64,000 nt of DNA, taken from the NCBI GenBank assembly GCA_036229005.1, contig JAZAMN010000052.1:96001-160000 (forward strand). Direction: 5' to 3'. The DNA comes from Myxococcota bacterium. GTDB lineage: Bacteria > Myxococcota_A > UBA796 > CAJQPC01. Numbering within the stretch: the first letter of the stretch is position 1; each line of letters begins with the position of its first letter. Under the pieces are notes generated by a model. The model did no database searches. It was not told the DNA's origin and saw only the letters and a program-made list of their open reading frames with translations. Positions 35,298 through 47,684 of the stretch are shown here, one piece after another. A program made the translations under genes and the position numbers.

Positions 35298-37184
35298 ATG
35301 GGCGATCGACAGACGTGGCAGCAGGATCCCGAGGCCTTCTGGGCCGCACAGGCCGAGAAGGTCCCCTGGATCCGCAAGCCGGAGCACACTCTGGAGACCC
35401 GCGAGGACGGGTCCTGGACCTGGTTCCCCGGCGGCGAGCTGAACACCTGCGCCCTGGCCCTGGACCGCTGGGTCGCGGAGGGCCGCGGGGAGCAGCTCGC
35501 GCTGATCTACGACTCCCCCGTGACCGGCCGCAAGCAGAGCTGGACCTACAGCCAGCTCACCGCCGAGGTCGCCCGCCTGGCCGGAGCGCTCAAGAGCCTG
35601 GGCGTCGTCAAGGGCGACCGGGTGGTGCTCTACATGCCGATGGTGCCCCAGGCCGCGATGGCGATGCTGGCCTGCGCGCGCCTGGGCGCCATCCACAGCG
35701 TGGTGTTCGGCGGCTTCGCGCCCCCGGAGCTGGCCGCGCGCATCGACGACGCCCAGCCCAAGCTGCTGCTCACCGCGAGCTGCGGCATCGAGGGCGCGCG
35801 GGTGATCCCCTACATGCCCCTGGTCCGCCAGGCGCTGACCCTGAGCCAGCACAGCCCTGAGCGGGTCGTGGTGCTGGAGCGGGAGCAGGCGCCCGTGGGC
35901 CTGGAGGAGCACGAGCTGGACTGGAACACCCTGGTCGAGGTCGCCCAGCCCGCAGACCCGGTCCCCGTGCGCAGCGAGGACCCGCTCTACATCCTCTACA
36001 CCTCCGGCACGACCGGGCGCCCCAAGGGCGTGGTGCGCGACAACGGCGGCCACGCGGTGGCCCTGCGCTACAGCATGGAGGCCGTCTACGACATCCAGCC
36101 CGGCGAGGTCTTCTGGGCGGCCTCGGACGTGGGCTGGGTGGTGGGCCACTCCTACATCGTCTACGCGTCCCTGCTGATGGGCTGCACCACCGTGTTCTAC
36201 GAAGGAAAGCCGGTGCGCACCCCCGACGCGGGCGCCTTCTGGCGCGTGCTGGAGGAGCACCAGGTCTCGGTGTTCTTCACCGCCCCCACGGCCTTCCGCG
36301 CCATCCGCAAGGAGGACCCCGAGGGCGCCGGCCTGCAGGGCCGCGACCTGTCCAAGCTGCGGTCCATCTTTGTGGCCGGGGAGCGCCTGGATCCGCCCAC
36401 CCTGGCCTGGCTCAAGGGGCTCACCGGCAAGCCCGTGCTGGACCACTGGTGGCAGACCGAGACCGGCTGGCCCATGGTCGCCAACGACCGCGGCCTGGAC
36501 GCGCTGCCGGTCAAGTCGGGCTCCGCGGGGCTCCCGGTCCCCGGCTACGAGGTCCTGGCCCTGGGCGAGGACAGCCAGCCCGTCCCCGCCGGCGAGGTCG
36601 GCGACATCGTGGTGCGTACCCCGCTGCCCCCCGGCTGCTTCAACACCCTCTGGCGGGACCACGAGCGCTTTCTGGACAGCTACCTGCGGCCGCAGCCGGG
36701 CTTCTACCAGACCAGCGACGGCGGCTACATCGACGCCGATGGCTACGTGTTCGTCCTGGGCCGCACCGACGACGTGATCAACGTGGCCGGCCACCGCCTG
36801 TCCACCGGCGAGATGGAGGCCGTGGTGGCCAAGCACCCCGCCGTGGCCGAGTGCGCGGTGGTGGGCATCCACGACGAGCTGCGCGGCCAGGTGCCCATCG
36901 GCTTTTTGGTGCTGGGCGACGGCGTGCGCGTGGACCCCGCCGCCCTGGAGAAGGAGCTGGTGGCCTCGGTGCGCGCGGACATCGGCCCCATCGCGGTGTT
37001 CAAGAAGACCATCGTGGTGGGCCGCCTGCCCAAGACCCGCTCGGGCAAGATCCTGCGCCGCACCCTGCGCAAGCTGGCCACGGAGAGCGACGTGGCTGTG
37101 CCCGCGACCATCGACGACCCCAACATCCTGCTGGAGGTCACCGCCGCCCTGCGCGCCCGCGGTGTGGGCCGCTTCGGCCCCTGA
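35298..37184 (+). CDS. Propionate/acetate-CoA ligase (PrpE/Acs family)
   Basis: YILYTSGTTGRPKG, SDVGWVVGHSY, DHWWQTETG, GRTDDVINVAGHRLST, LPKTRSGK. Confidence 0.92.
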   Translation: MGDRQTWQQDPEAFWAAQAEKVPWIRKPEHTLETREDGSWTWFPGGELNTCALALDRWVAEGRGEQLALIYDSPVTGRKQSWTYSQLTAEVARLAGALKSLGVVKGDRVVLYMPMVPQAAMAMLACARLGAIHSVVFGGFAPPELAARIDDAQPKLLLTASCGIEGARVIPYMPLVRQALTLSQHSPERVVVLEREQAPVGLEEHELDWNTLVEVAQPADPVPVRSEDPLYILYTSGTTGRPKGVVRDNGGHAVALRYSMEAVYDIQPGEVFWAASDVGWVVGHSYIVYASLLMGCTTVFYEGKPVRTPDAGAFWRVLEEHQVSVFFTAPTAFRAIRKEDPEGAGLQGRDLSKLRSIFVAGERLDPPTLAWLKGLTGKPVLDHWWQTETGWPMVANDRGLDALPVKSGSAGLPVPGYEVLALGEDSQPVPAGEVGDIVVRTPLPPGCFNTLWRDHERFLDSYLRPQPGFYQTSDGGYIDADGYVFVLGRTDDVINVAGHRLSTGEMEAVVAKHPAVAECAVVGIHDELRGQVPIGFLVLGDGVRVDPAALEKELVASVRADIGPIAVFKKTIVVGRLPKTRSGKILRRTLRKLATESDVAVPATIDDPNILLEVTAALRARGVGRFGP

Positions 37185-37301
37185 GGCGCCGCGTCGCGGT
37201 TTGACGCAGCCTGTCCTCGCTGGTGGGCAAGGTGTTGAGATCCTTGGAGGGCCAAGTTGGCACGGAGGTTGAACCCTGGTCTGCAGAGACCGGAGTTCCC
37301 C

Positions 37302-37976
37302 TTGCTTCTTCCCCTGCTGACTGCCGCTGCGCTGAGCACCCCGGCCCAGGCCTCCGAGGCCCCCACAGAGCAGCAGGCGCCGCCTCCCAGCGCGAGCGCC
37401 CCAGACCGCGAGCTGCTGGCCCCCCGCGAAGACGCGCTCCGCCCCGACTGGGTGCGGGACGAGATGCTCCACGTCGGGGAGAGCCTGGATGGCGATCTGG
37501 TCATCTACCGCACAGGCCAGCCTCTGACGCCGGTGGAGGTCGCGTGGATCCTGGGTGACTACGGCGCGGTCGCGGCCTACGGGCTGGGCACGGGCTTGAG
37601 CCTTGGGGTGGGTGCGGTCGGCGCGGTCGGCGCTCTCGGCGGCTTCGCGTTCGGCACCCTGGGTGCGTTCAGCCTGGCGCTGGAGCTGACCTTTGGCACC
37701 TCGCAGGTCCTCAATCCGGGGGGGCCGGACATCTGGCCCGCGGTCAAGCTCATGGCCGCCAGCGGCGGGGTGATGCTCGCCGGCTCCGCGCTCTTCGTCG
37801 GGGCCATCGGCGGCTTCCAGCTCTACACCTCCAAGCAGAAGAAATGGATGAACGCCGAGGACGCCCAGGACCGGGTGGACCTCTACAACCAGGACCTCTG
37901 GCTGGAGCGGGCGCCCGCTCTGGAGGTCTCCGTCGCCCTCAACCCCGGCGGGCTCAGCCTCGTCGGGCGCTTCTGA
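37302..37976 (+). CDS. Hypothetical secreted/membrane protein (paralog A)
   Basis: TTG start after GGAG; signal LSTPAQA; Gly-rich hydrophobic helices; ends GGLSLVGRF. Confidence 0.65.
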   Translation: MLLPLLTAAALSTPAQASEAPTEQQAPPPSASAPDRELLAPREDALRPDWVRDEMLHVGESLDGDLVIYRTGQPLTPVEVAWILGDYGAVAAYGLGTGLSLGVGAVGAVGALGGFAFGTLGAFSLALELTFGTSQVLNPGGPDIWPAVKLMAASGGVMLAGSALFVGAIGGFQLYTSKQKKWMNAEDAQDRVDLYNQDLWLERAPALEVSVALNPGGLSLVGRF

Positions 37977-37986
37977 GGAGGACCGG

Positions 37987-38976
37987 ATGCTGCTCTCCCT
38001 GTTGACCGCCCTGAGCACCCCGGCCCAGGCCTCCGAGGCCCCCGCGCCGTCAGCTCCCACCGTCACCGCGCCTGCGCATACCGAGGCCCAGCCCTGGACC
38101 CTGGAGTGGACGCCCCAGCGCTACATGCCCATCGAGATCGGCCCCAACACGAACTCGCACGCGAGCTTGCTGCTGGAGCAGGCCTGGTGGTGGACGGGGC
38201 TCACCTTGGGCATGAGCCTGGCGACGCCGGTGATCCTGAGCGGGCGCAGCGGCATCAACGGCCAACCCCTGGACGGCGCCGCGGAGCTGCTCTCGGGCGG
38301 CGCGATGCTGGCCACCGTCCCCGCATCGGCGGTCGGGAGCTTCCTGTGCCTCTACGCTGCCCAGAAGGCCCCCGGACGACGCCAACCCTACCTGGGGGCC
38401 GCCTCTCTGGGCATGTGGGCCGCGGGCATGTCGGTGCTCTGGGGGGGCGAGCTGGACTCCCTGCTGGGCTGGTCCCTGATCGCCGCTTCCCCGGCGCTGG
38501 CGTTCGCCGAGGCCAACCTCTCCCTGGTCCGCACCCACGAGCGGGGAAGCGGGGCTGGAGCGGCCCTGACGCTGCGCTTGGCTCAGGGGCTCACCGTCCT
38601 GGCGGCTGGGAGCACGGCCCTGTTGTGGGCAGGCTATGGCGCCAGCGAGGTGAACGTTCTGCTGGGCGGAGTGGCCGCCTCCTTCGCGCTGCCCGTGCTG
38701 GCGAGCTCGGCGTTCACCGCGAACCTGCTGCTGCTCGGCCACAGCAGCGCGGCCGGAGAGCCCCTGCTGCTGGGCGTGATGGGCATGGCGCTGGCGGTCG
38801 TGGGCACCGCCCAGATGTACGGCAGCGAGGGCAGCGACTGGCTGACCGGCGCCGGCATGCTGACCCTGGCGCCGGTGCTCGCGGGCGCACAGTGGGCGCG
38901 GATCGGTCAGGACACCCAGCTTGCCTTCGGGCCGGCTGAGGGGGGCGGGGTGGTGGGGGTGAGCGGGCGATTCTGA
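37987..38976 (+). CDS. Hypothetical secreted/membrane protein (paralog B)
   Basis: GAGGAGG SD; same LSTPAQASEAP leader; multiple hydrophobic helices; ends GGVVGVSGRF. Confidence 0.7.
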   Translation: MLLSLLTALSTPAQASEAPAPSAPTVTAPAHTEAQPWTLEWTPQRYMPIEIGPNTNSHASLLLEQAWWWTGLTLGMSLATPVILSGRSGINGQPLDGAAELLSGGAMLATVPASAVGSFLCLYAAQKAPGRRQPYLGAASLGMWAAGMSVLWGGELDSLLGWSLIAASPALAFAEANLSLVRTHERGSGAGAALTLRLAQGLTVLAAGSTALLWAGYGASEVNVLLGGVAASFALPVLASSAFTANLLLLGHSSAAGEPLLLGVMGMALAVVGTAQMYGSEGSDWLTGAGMLTLAPVLAGAQWARIGQDTQLAFGPAEGGGVVGVSGRF

Positions 38977-39069
38977 GGGGTGGATCAACGCGCGCGGGTG
39001 CCCACGTTCGACTTCCGGCGCGATCTGGCCTCTCCTGAGCTACCTTGACCGGGTGCCGGGAGCCACGAC

Positions 39070-40902
<1,833 letters not shown>

Positions 40903-40932
40903 GCGCCGCAGCAGCGCTGAAGGGCCGCCGGG

Positions 40933-42652
<1,720 letters not shown>

Positions 42653-42688
42653 CCCGAAGGGTAACGACGCAAGCGGCGGATGTCCCCC

Positions 42689-44284
42689 TCAGGGGCTCTG
42701 GGGCCCCCAAAGCGCAGAGGGGGTGATTCGCCAGATCACCTGTCCATCCACGATGGGGAGCGTGGCGGTCACAGGCGGCGACCAGGCGTCCCGGGCCAGC
42801 TCCAGCTCCAGGCTCTGGACCCCCGCCTGGAGGGCCGGAAGGACGGCATAGTGGGCCTCGTCCAGCACTGCGACGCCGGCTTGAGGGGAGCGAACCACAG
42901 CGCCGGCCAAGTCGGCGGGGCCCTCCACCCAGACCTCCACGCTGCGAGACTCCGGGTGCAGATCGCCGAGCTCCAGGCGCTCCCCAGGCTGCAGCTCCAA
43001 GGCCAGGTTCAAGGTCTGTCGCTCGCCAGCAGCGGAGATCACCACGCTGACCTGCTCGGCGTGGGCCTCGACGTGGACCTGCCCGTCCTGGCTGCACCAA
43101 GCCCGGCCCAATGTCCCCCCGGTGTAGAGGTAGGCGGTGCAGGGGACCTCCCCTTTCCACTGACCCACCGCGCTGGCTGCTCGCGGGTCGATCAGCAGGG
43201 TGTCCTGGCCGGGGGAGAGGGGCCAAGCTCTGGAAGCGGCATCCAGCAGCCCGCTGATCTGCGTCGCGCCAGCCGGACACCGGCACGCATAGGTCTCGGG
43301 GCCCCCCGTGCAAGGGGTCTGGGCGCAGCTGAGCTGCTCCAGAGAGGCATCTTGCAGCAGCACCACCTGGACAGGCCGGCCGGGGTCCGCGAGCAGCTCG
43401 GTGACGCCACCCGCGATGCGCACCCGCCTGGAGTAGCGGAGCCCCTGGTAGGCGACATCCACGCGGGTCCAGCTTCGGCGCGAGGACAGGCGCACCCGCC
43501 CCGGCCCCAGCACCTGGGTTTCCAGACAGCGGTGGGCGCAGTCGATGCTGCCGGCGACGGGGTCTCCTTTGGAGTCCACGAGCTGCAGGATCTCTGTGGC
43601 CGGCTCGGGGACCACCACACGCAGGTCCTGGTCGTCGTGGACATAGAAGACACCCAGGGGGGCGCCCCCCTCCCCGGCGCTCAGCCGCACCTCGCCGCAG
43701 GGTCGATCGGCCAAGAAGCCGTCGGCATCAGGGTGCTGGGAGATGTGCCCACCCGTGATGGAGCGCAGCATGAACGGCAGCTCCACCTCCTGTCCGTGGG
43801 TGTCGACCAGGACGACCCTCCCCGGGCAGGCGCGCTCGACCACCAACTGCGCCCGTGTGCGCCCCAACCCCACCTCCACCTGACTGCCGGAGGCCGCGAT
43901 GAAGGGCGGCTCCGGCTCCACGAACACCAGGCCCGGGCCGCTCGTGAAGCGCCACCGCCCCTGCTCGTCTGTGGCCCCCTCCGCGGGGGTCGGCCGCGCG
44001 CGCTCGTCCTCCCAGTAGGGGCGTACGCGGAGGGAGACGCCGGGCTGGGGCGCGCCGGTGGAGTCGACGACCTGGACGGTGACGGCGCCACGCCAGGAGG
44101 CGAGCCTGGCCAGCGCCGCGACGGGCTCGAAGCTCCGGGGCGCGCCGGGCAAGGGCGCCAGGGTGTCCTCGCTGGTGGGAGCAGTTGGCGGGCCGTCACG
44201 TCCCGAGACCCAAGCCAAGAGGGTGAGCCCCAGCAGCAGCAGGGCCCCGATCCACCTCGCCCAAGCTCTTTGCTGCGTACCCAT
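42689..44284 (-). CDS. Hypothetical membrane-anchored protein with carboxypeptidase-regulatory-like beta-sandwich domain(s)
   Basis: N-terminal TM; VTVQVVDSTGAPQPGV...ATDEQGRWRF; several Cys pairs. Confidence 0.6.
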   Translation of the reverse strand: MGTQQRAWARWIGALLLLGLTLLAWVSGRDGPPTAPTSEDTLAPLPGAPRSFEPVAALARLASWRGAVTVQVVDSTGAPQPGVSLRVRPYWEDERARPTPAEGATDEQGRWRFTSGPGLVFVEPEPPFIAASGSQVEVGLGRTRAQLVVERACPGRVVLVDTHGQEVELPFMLRSITGGHISQHPDADGFLADRPCGEVRLSAGEGGAPLGVFYVHDDQDLRVVVPEPATEILQLVDSKGDPVAGSIDCAHRCLETQVLGPGRVRLSSRRSWTRVDVAYQGLRYSRRVRIAGGVTELLADPGRPVQVVLLQDASLEQLSCAQTPCTGGPETYACRCPAGATQISGLLDAASRAWPLSPGQDTLLIDPRAASAVGQWKGEVPCTAYLYTGGTLGRAWCSQDGQVHVEAHAEQVSVVISAAGERQTLNLALELQPGERLELGDLHPESRSVEVWVEGPADLAGAVVRSPQAGVAVLDEAHYAVLPALQAGVQSLELELARDAWSPPVTATLPIVDGQVIWRITPSALWGPQSP

Positions 44285-44320
44285 GGTCGATCCCGGCAGG
44301 GTCGGCAGGAGGCTACCAGC

Positions 44321-44845
44321 TCAGATGGCCGCCCCCGCCCGCAGCCCCACCCGCAGGCTCCCGGACAGACTGTGTGGCCAAGGCCACGCGGACACCAGCG
44401 ACTCCACGCAGCGGGCGCGCTCGGGATCGGGGTGCACCACCGAGGCCTCCCCCTGCGCCAGGTCCACCTGCAGCCAGTCCACCGCCCCCTGGTCCGCGCT
44501 GTCGTAGCAGGCGGAGAGCCGGTGGGCGTAGCGCTCGACCATATAGGTGGCCACGGCCATGTCCCCCAGCCCCAGGTACTCCAGGTCCTGGACGTGCACG
44601 CGCGTAGGCGGCGGCTGCCAGTCCCCGGTGTCGATGGCCTCCGGGTCCAGGGCCTGCGCGTCCACCCCGAAGGCCAGGCGGGTGACGTGGTCGGGGAGCT
44701 GCTGGATCGCGATCTCCTCGGTGGGCGCGCGCATCCATGCGGCCAGCCCCAACGCCAGGCCCATGGCCGCACAGAAGGCCAGGAAGGCGAAGAAGACCTG
44801 GGACTGCTGCTGCTCCAATGCGCACCTCTGCACCTCTGCAGACAC
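44321..44845 (-). CDS. Membrane protein with AgmX/GltJ C-terminal (TonB-C-like) domain
   Basis: TM helix, then RLSACYD...ARCVESLVSAWPWP, resembling the CY..CV..W.FP pattern of this domain; start uncertain. Confidence 0.5.
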   Translation of the reverse strand: MSAEVQRCALEQQQSQVFFAFLAFCAAMGLALGLAAWMRAPTEEIAIQQLPDHVTRLAFGVDAQALDPEAIDTGDWQPPPTRVHVQDLEYLGLGDMAVATYMVERYAHRLSACYDSADQGAVDWLQVDLAQGEASVVHPDPERARCVESLVSAWPWPHSLSGSLRVGLRAGAAI

Positions 44846-44890
44846 CGCGCCCTTCAGGGGGTTCCCGCTTTCGACGAGGACAGGCTGGGC

Positions 44891-46054
44891 TCAACCGTCA
44901 GCGGGCGTCCGAGCTGGCCCCGGGCGGTCCCGTCCCCGCGGCTGGTGAACCGGCGTCTCGGAGCCCCCAGCGGCCCCCAGCTCCAGGTGATTCCACGCCC
45001 CGGCCCCGGCCACCAGCGACAGCAGCGCCCAAGACGCCCGGCCCCGCAGCGCGCCCATCCCGACCCCCAGCAGCACGGCGACGGGGCCCATGTAGTACTC
45101 GAAGTTGAAGGCCTCGAAGGCCACCGCCGCCGGTAGCCCCAGCGAAGGCCAGAGCAGCACCGCCAGCGCGCGCCGCTCTCCCCGACGCCAGAGCTGGACC
45201 GCCCCGGCCCCCGCGAGTCCCAGAATCACCAGGCACAGCGCCAGGCTGGTCGGGCCGCGCTGCTGGGGCTGAACCCGCAGCAGCACCGTGGGCAGGGTGT
45301 CCCGGGCGCTGCGCAGAGGCGCCTCCACCACCGGGCGGGCCTGCTCGCTGCGCAGCTCTCCCAGCACCAGCTCAATGGCCACATTCTGGGCAGCCTGTCC
45401 TCGCTGGAGCCGCTGAGCCCCTACGGCGCCGTAGGCCAGCATCCCCAGCAGAGCGGTGAGCCCCAGCATCCCGAGCAGACGGCGGCCCCACCTCTCCTGC
45501 CCCCACAAGCTGAGCATGAAGGCGGCGGGGAGGGCGAGGATCATGGTCTTGTGCAGCAGGATCCCCACCGTCATCGCGATGGCGCTGCCCCAGGGTCGCC
45601 CGCGGGGGCCCAGCGCGAGCCCGCAAGCGAGGAACACCGTGCCCACGGCGGCCACGTGGACCTCCCAGGCGGTGGACTGGGCCATCCAGCCGCTGCCCAG
45701 CCCCAGGATCAGGGCGCCCGTGACCACGCCCCCCAGGGGGATCCGCAGGCGCTGGAGCAGGAAGCTGAAGCTGCCCACTGCGTAGGCGCCAAAGACCGCG
45801 GCCAGGGTCCCGGCGACCTGCACCGGGTTCTGCTGAGGGAAGAGCTTGAGGGCCGCCAGCAGAGGCAGCCCGTAGATCAGGTGCTGCGCGTGGAAGGGAT
45901 CCCCTGCGCGGACGAGATCCAGGTAGGCCTGGCCATCCGGCGTGGGATCCGGCGCGAGGTTGAGCAGGTAGATCGCCAGGAAAAGCACAGTGACGGCGAC
46001 CGGTAGCGCCCGCTGGAGGGCGGCCTGGGGCCCATTTGTGGATCGCGGATGCAC
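44891..46054 (-). CDS. Polytopic membrane protein, possible GT-C fold glycosyltransferase
   Basis: About 9-10 hydrophobic helices; acidic PDG..Y motif after TM1; ST.WEVH. Confidence 0.55.
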   Translation of the reverse strand: MHPRSTNGPQAALQRALPVAVTVLFLAIYLLNLAPDPTPDGQAYLDLVRAGDPFHAQHLIYGLPLLAALKLFPQQNPVQVAGTLAAVFGAYAVGSFSFLLQRLRIPLGGVVTGALILGLGSGWMAQSTAWEVHVAAVGTVFLACGLALGPRGRPWGSAIAMTVGILLHKTMILALPAAFMLSLWGQERWGRRLLGMLGLTALLGMLAYGAVGAQRLQRGQAAQNVAIELVLGELRSEQARPVVEAPLRSARDTLPTVLLRVQPQQRGPTSLALCLVILGLAGAGAVQLWRRGERRALAVLLWPSLGLPAAVAFEAFNFEYYMGPVAVLLGVGMGALRGRASWALLSLVAGAGAWNHLELGAAGGSETPVHQPRGRDRPGPARTPADG

Positions 46055-46062
46055 AAAATCCT

Positions 46063-46091
46063 TTGACGCGGTTTTCGGGGGCGACTATATG
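46063..46091 (+). promoter_or_regulatory. Candidate sigma70 promoter of the tRNA gene
   Basis: TTGACG-N17-TATATG upstream of the tRNA. Confidence 0.45.
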
Positions 46092-46116
46092 CCGGGGGCT
46101 CAACGAAGCAACGTCT

Positions 46117-46202
46117 GCGGAAGTGGTGGAATGGCAGACACGCTAGCCTCAGGAGCTAGTGGGGTAACTCCCGTGGGGGTTCGACTCCCCCCTTCCGCAC
46201 CA
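46117..46202 (+). tRNA. tRNA-Leu (anticodon CAG)
   Basis: Acceptor GCGGAAG/CTTCCGC, D-loop GGAATGGCAGAC, anticodon arm CTAGC-CTCAGGA-GCTAG, long variable arm, GGTTCGACTCC, encoded CCA. Confidence 0.97.
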
Positions 46203-46204
46203 TC

Positions 46205-46236
46205 AAACCCCTGGGCTCCGGCCCGGGGGTTTTTTG
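46205..46236 (+). terminator. Rho-independent terminator after tRNA-Leu
   Basis: AAACCCCTGGGC-TCCG-GCCCGGGGGTTTTTT hairpin plus U-tract. Confidence 0.85.
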
Positions 46237-46259
46237 CTCTGTGAGCTGTGCTGTGGGCC

Positions 46260-46967
46260 TCAGTCGAAGCAGCGCCAGAACAGCCGCAGGCCGACTTGGA
46301 TCTCCAGCCCCGTGTGCTGGTCCAGCAGCACTGGGGCGTGGTCGCGGAACTCGTTGTGGACCACAGCCTCCAGCTCCTCGCGACGCTGAAAGCGCCAGCA
46401 GGTGGCGACAGTGCGGGCCTGGAAGCCCTTGCTCCGCCAGAAGGACTCCACGGCGCCTCGGTCCCGGGGATACGCGCGCTGGAGCCACTGTGCGAAGGTC
46501 CCCTGCTGCAGGTCGTTGTCGACTACGATCAGCGCACCGCCGGGCCTGAGGATGCGGTCGACCTCCTGAAGCCCCTGCTCACAGCCCGGCCCCCAGAAGT
46601 AGGCAAAGCGGGCCACCACCAGGTCCATGCTGTCGGACTGGAGGCCCGTGTGCTCCGCGCTCCCGATCAGCACCGAGGCGTTGGTGAGCCCCAGCCGGAG
46701 CAGGCGCTCCATGGCCAGCAGGCGCGAGGGACCGTGGGGCTCGACGGCGTAGACATGCCGGGCGCGCTGGGCGAAGCGAGGGACGTGGAAGCCGGAGCCC
46801 GCGCCCAGGTCCACGACCAACTGGTCCTCCCAGGGGTGGATCTCGTCCAGCGCCTCCCAAATGAGGCCCTCGGGGTCGGCGGCGCGGTTCTCGAGCTCAT
46901 AGGTCTCGGGCGCGTCCTGGAGGTTGGGGGTGGCGTGGACGCCAGGCAGCCAGGGGGTGCGGGACAC
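46260..46967 (-). CDS. Class I SAM-dependent methyltransferase
   Basis: VVDLGAGSGFH, YAVEP, RILRPGG; AAGGAG SD. Confidence 0.88.
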   Translation of the reverse strand: MSRTPWLPGVHATPNLQDAPETYELENRAADPEGLIWEALDEIHPWEDQLVVDLGAGSGFHVPRFAQRARHVYAVEPHGPSRLLAMERLLRLGLTNASVLIGSAEHTGLQSDSMDLVVARFAYFWGPGCEQGLQEVDRILRPGGALIVVDNDLQQGTFAQWLQRAYPRDRGAVESFWRSKGFQARTVATCWRFQRREELEAVVHNEFRDHAPVLLDQHTGLEIQVGLRLFWRCFD

Positions 46968-47053
46968 GGGGCGCTCCTTGATCTGGCAGCCCTATGCACC
47001 TGGCTGCGTGTTTCAAGTGTTTCACCCCGCCGCGAGCGCGTTAGACGGCGGCA

Positions 47054-47599
47054 ATGAGCGAGCGCATCCCCGTCTACCAAGGCCAGGTCGTCGACCTGGG
47101 CATCGAGACCGTCACCCTGCCCAACGGCAAGGAGGTCGAGCTCGAGGTCATCCGCCACCCCGGCGCGTCCGCCGTGCTGCCTCTGCACGACGACGGCACC
47201 GTCACGCTGGTCTACCAGTTCCGCCACGCCGGCGGCGGCATGCACTACGAGGTGCCCGCCGGCAAGCTGGACGGCCCCGAGCTCCCCGAGAAGTGCGCCC
47301 GCCGCGAGCTGGTCGAAGAGACCGGCCTTTCCTGCGAGAAGCTGGCCCGCCTGGGCTTCGTGCACACCACGCCGGGGTTCACCGACGAGCTGATCTTCCT
47401 CTTCCTGGCCACCGGCCTGAGCGAGGGCGAGCAGGCGCTGGAGGACGACGAGTTCCTGCGCCCGGTGCGCATGCCCTTCTCCCAGGCCCTGGAGATGGTG
47501 CACGAGGGCGACATCACCGACGCCAAGACCATGCTGGCGCTGATGCTGGCGGAGAAGCACGTGTCGGTGGAGCACGGCGGGCGCAAGGCCCAGGACTGA
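47054..47599 (+). CDS. NUDIX hydrolase (ADP-ribose pyrophosphatase-like)
   Basis: HPGASAVLP, QFR, Nudix box PAGKLD...ARRELVEETG, TPGFTDE, ITDAKT. Confidence 0.92.
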   Translation: MSERIPVYQGQVVDLGIETVTLPNGKEVELEVIRHPGASAVLPLHDDGTVTLVYQFRHAGGGMHYEVPAGKLDGPELPEKCARRELVEETGLSCEKLARLGFVHTTPGFTDELIFLFLATGLSEGEQALEDDEFLRPVRMPFSQALEMVHEGDITDAKTMLALMLAEKHVSVEHGGRKAQD

Positions 47600-47632
47600 C
47601 CTGCCGCACGGGCTGCCGCCAAAGCGCGCGGG

Positions 47633-47659
47633 TGTCACAGCCACCCCGGCCACCGCGTA
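47633..47659 (+). promoter_or_regulatory. Candidate ECF-sigma (ECF41-like) promoter
   Basis: TGTCACA-N16-CGTA upstream of the first propeller gene. Confidence 0.35.
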
Positions 47660-47684
47660 GTTAGCTTTGGACCTGGAGGCTCCC

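Noticed and set aside
37258..37273. Sigma54-like motif TGGCACGGAGGTTGAA upstream of paralog A
   Set aside because: It lacks the near-invariant C of the -12 GC; plausible but not supportable
46117..46260. tRNA-Leu as an integration site for a genomic island
   Set aside because: No integrase and no duplicated tRNA 3' end were seen; the terminator and an ordinary gene follow directly
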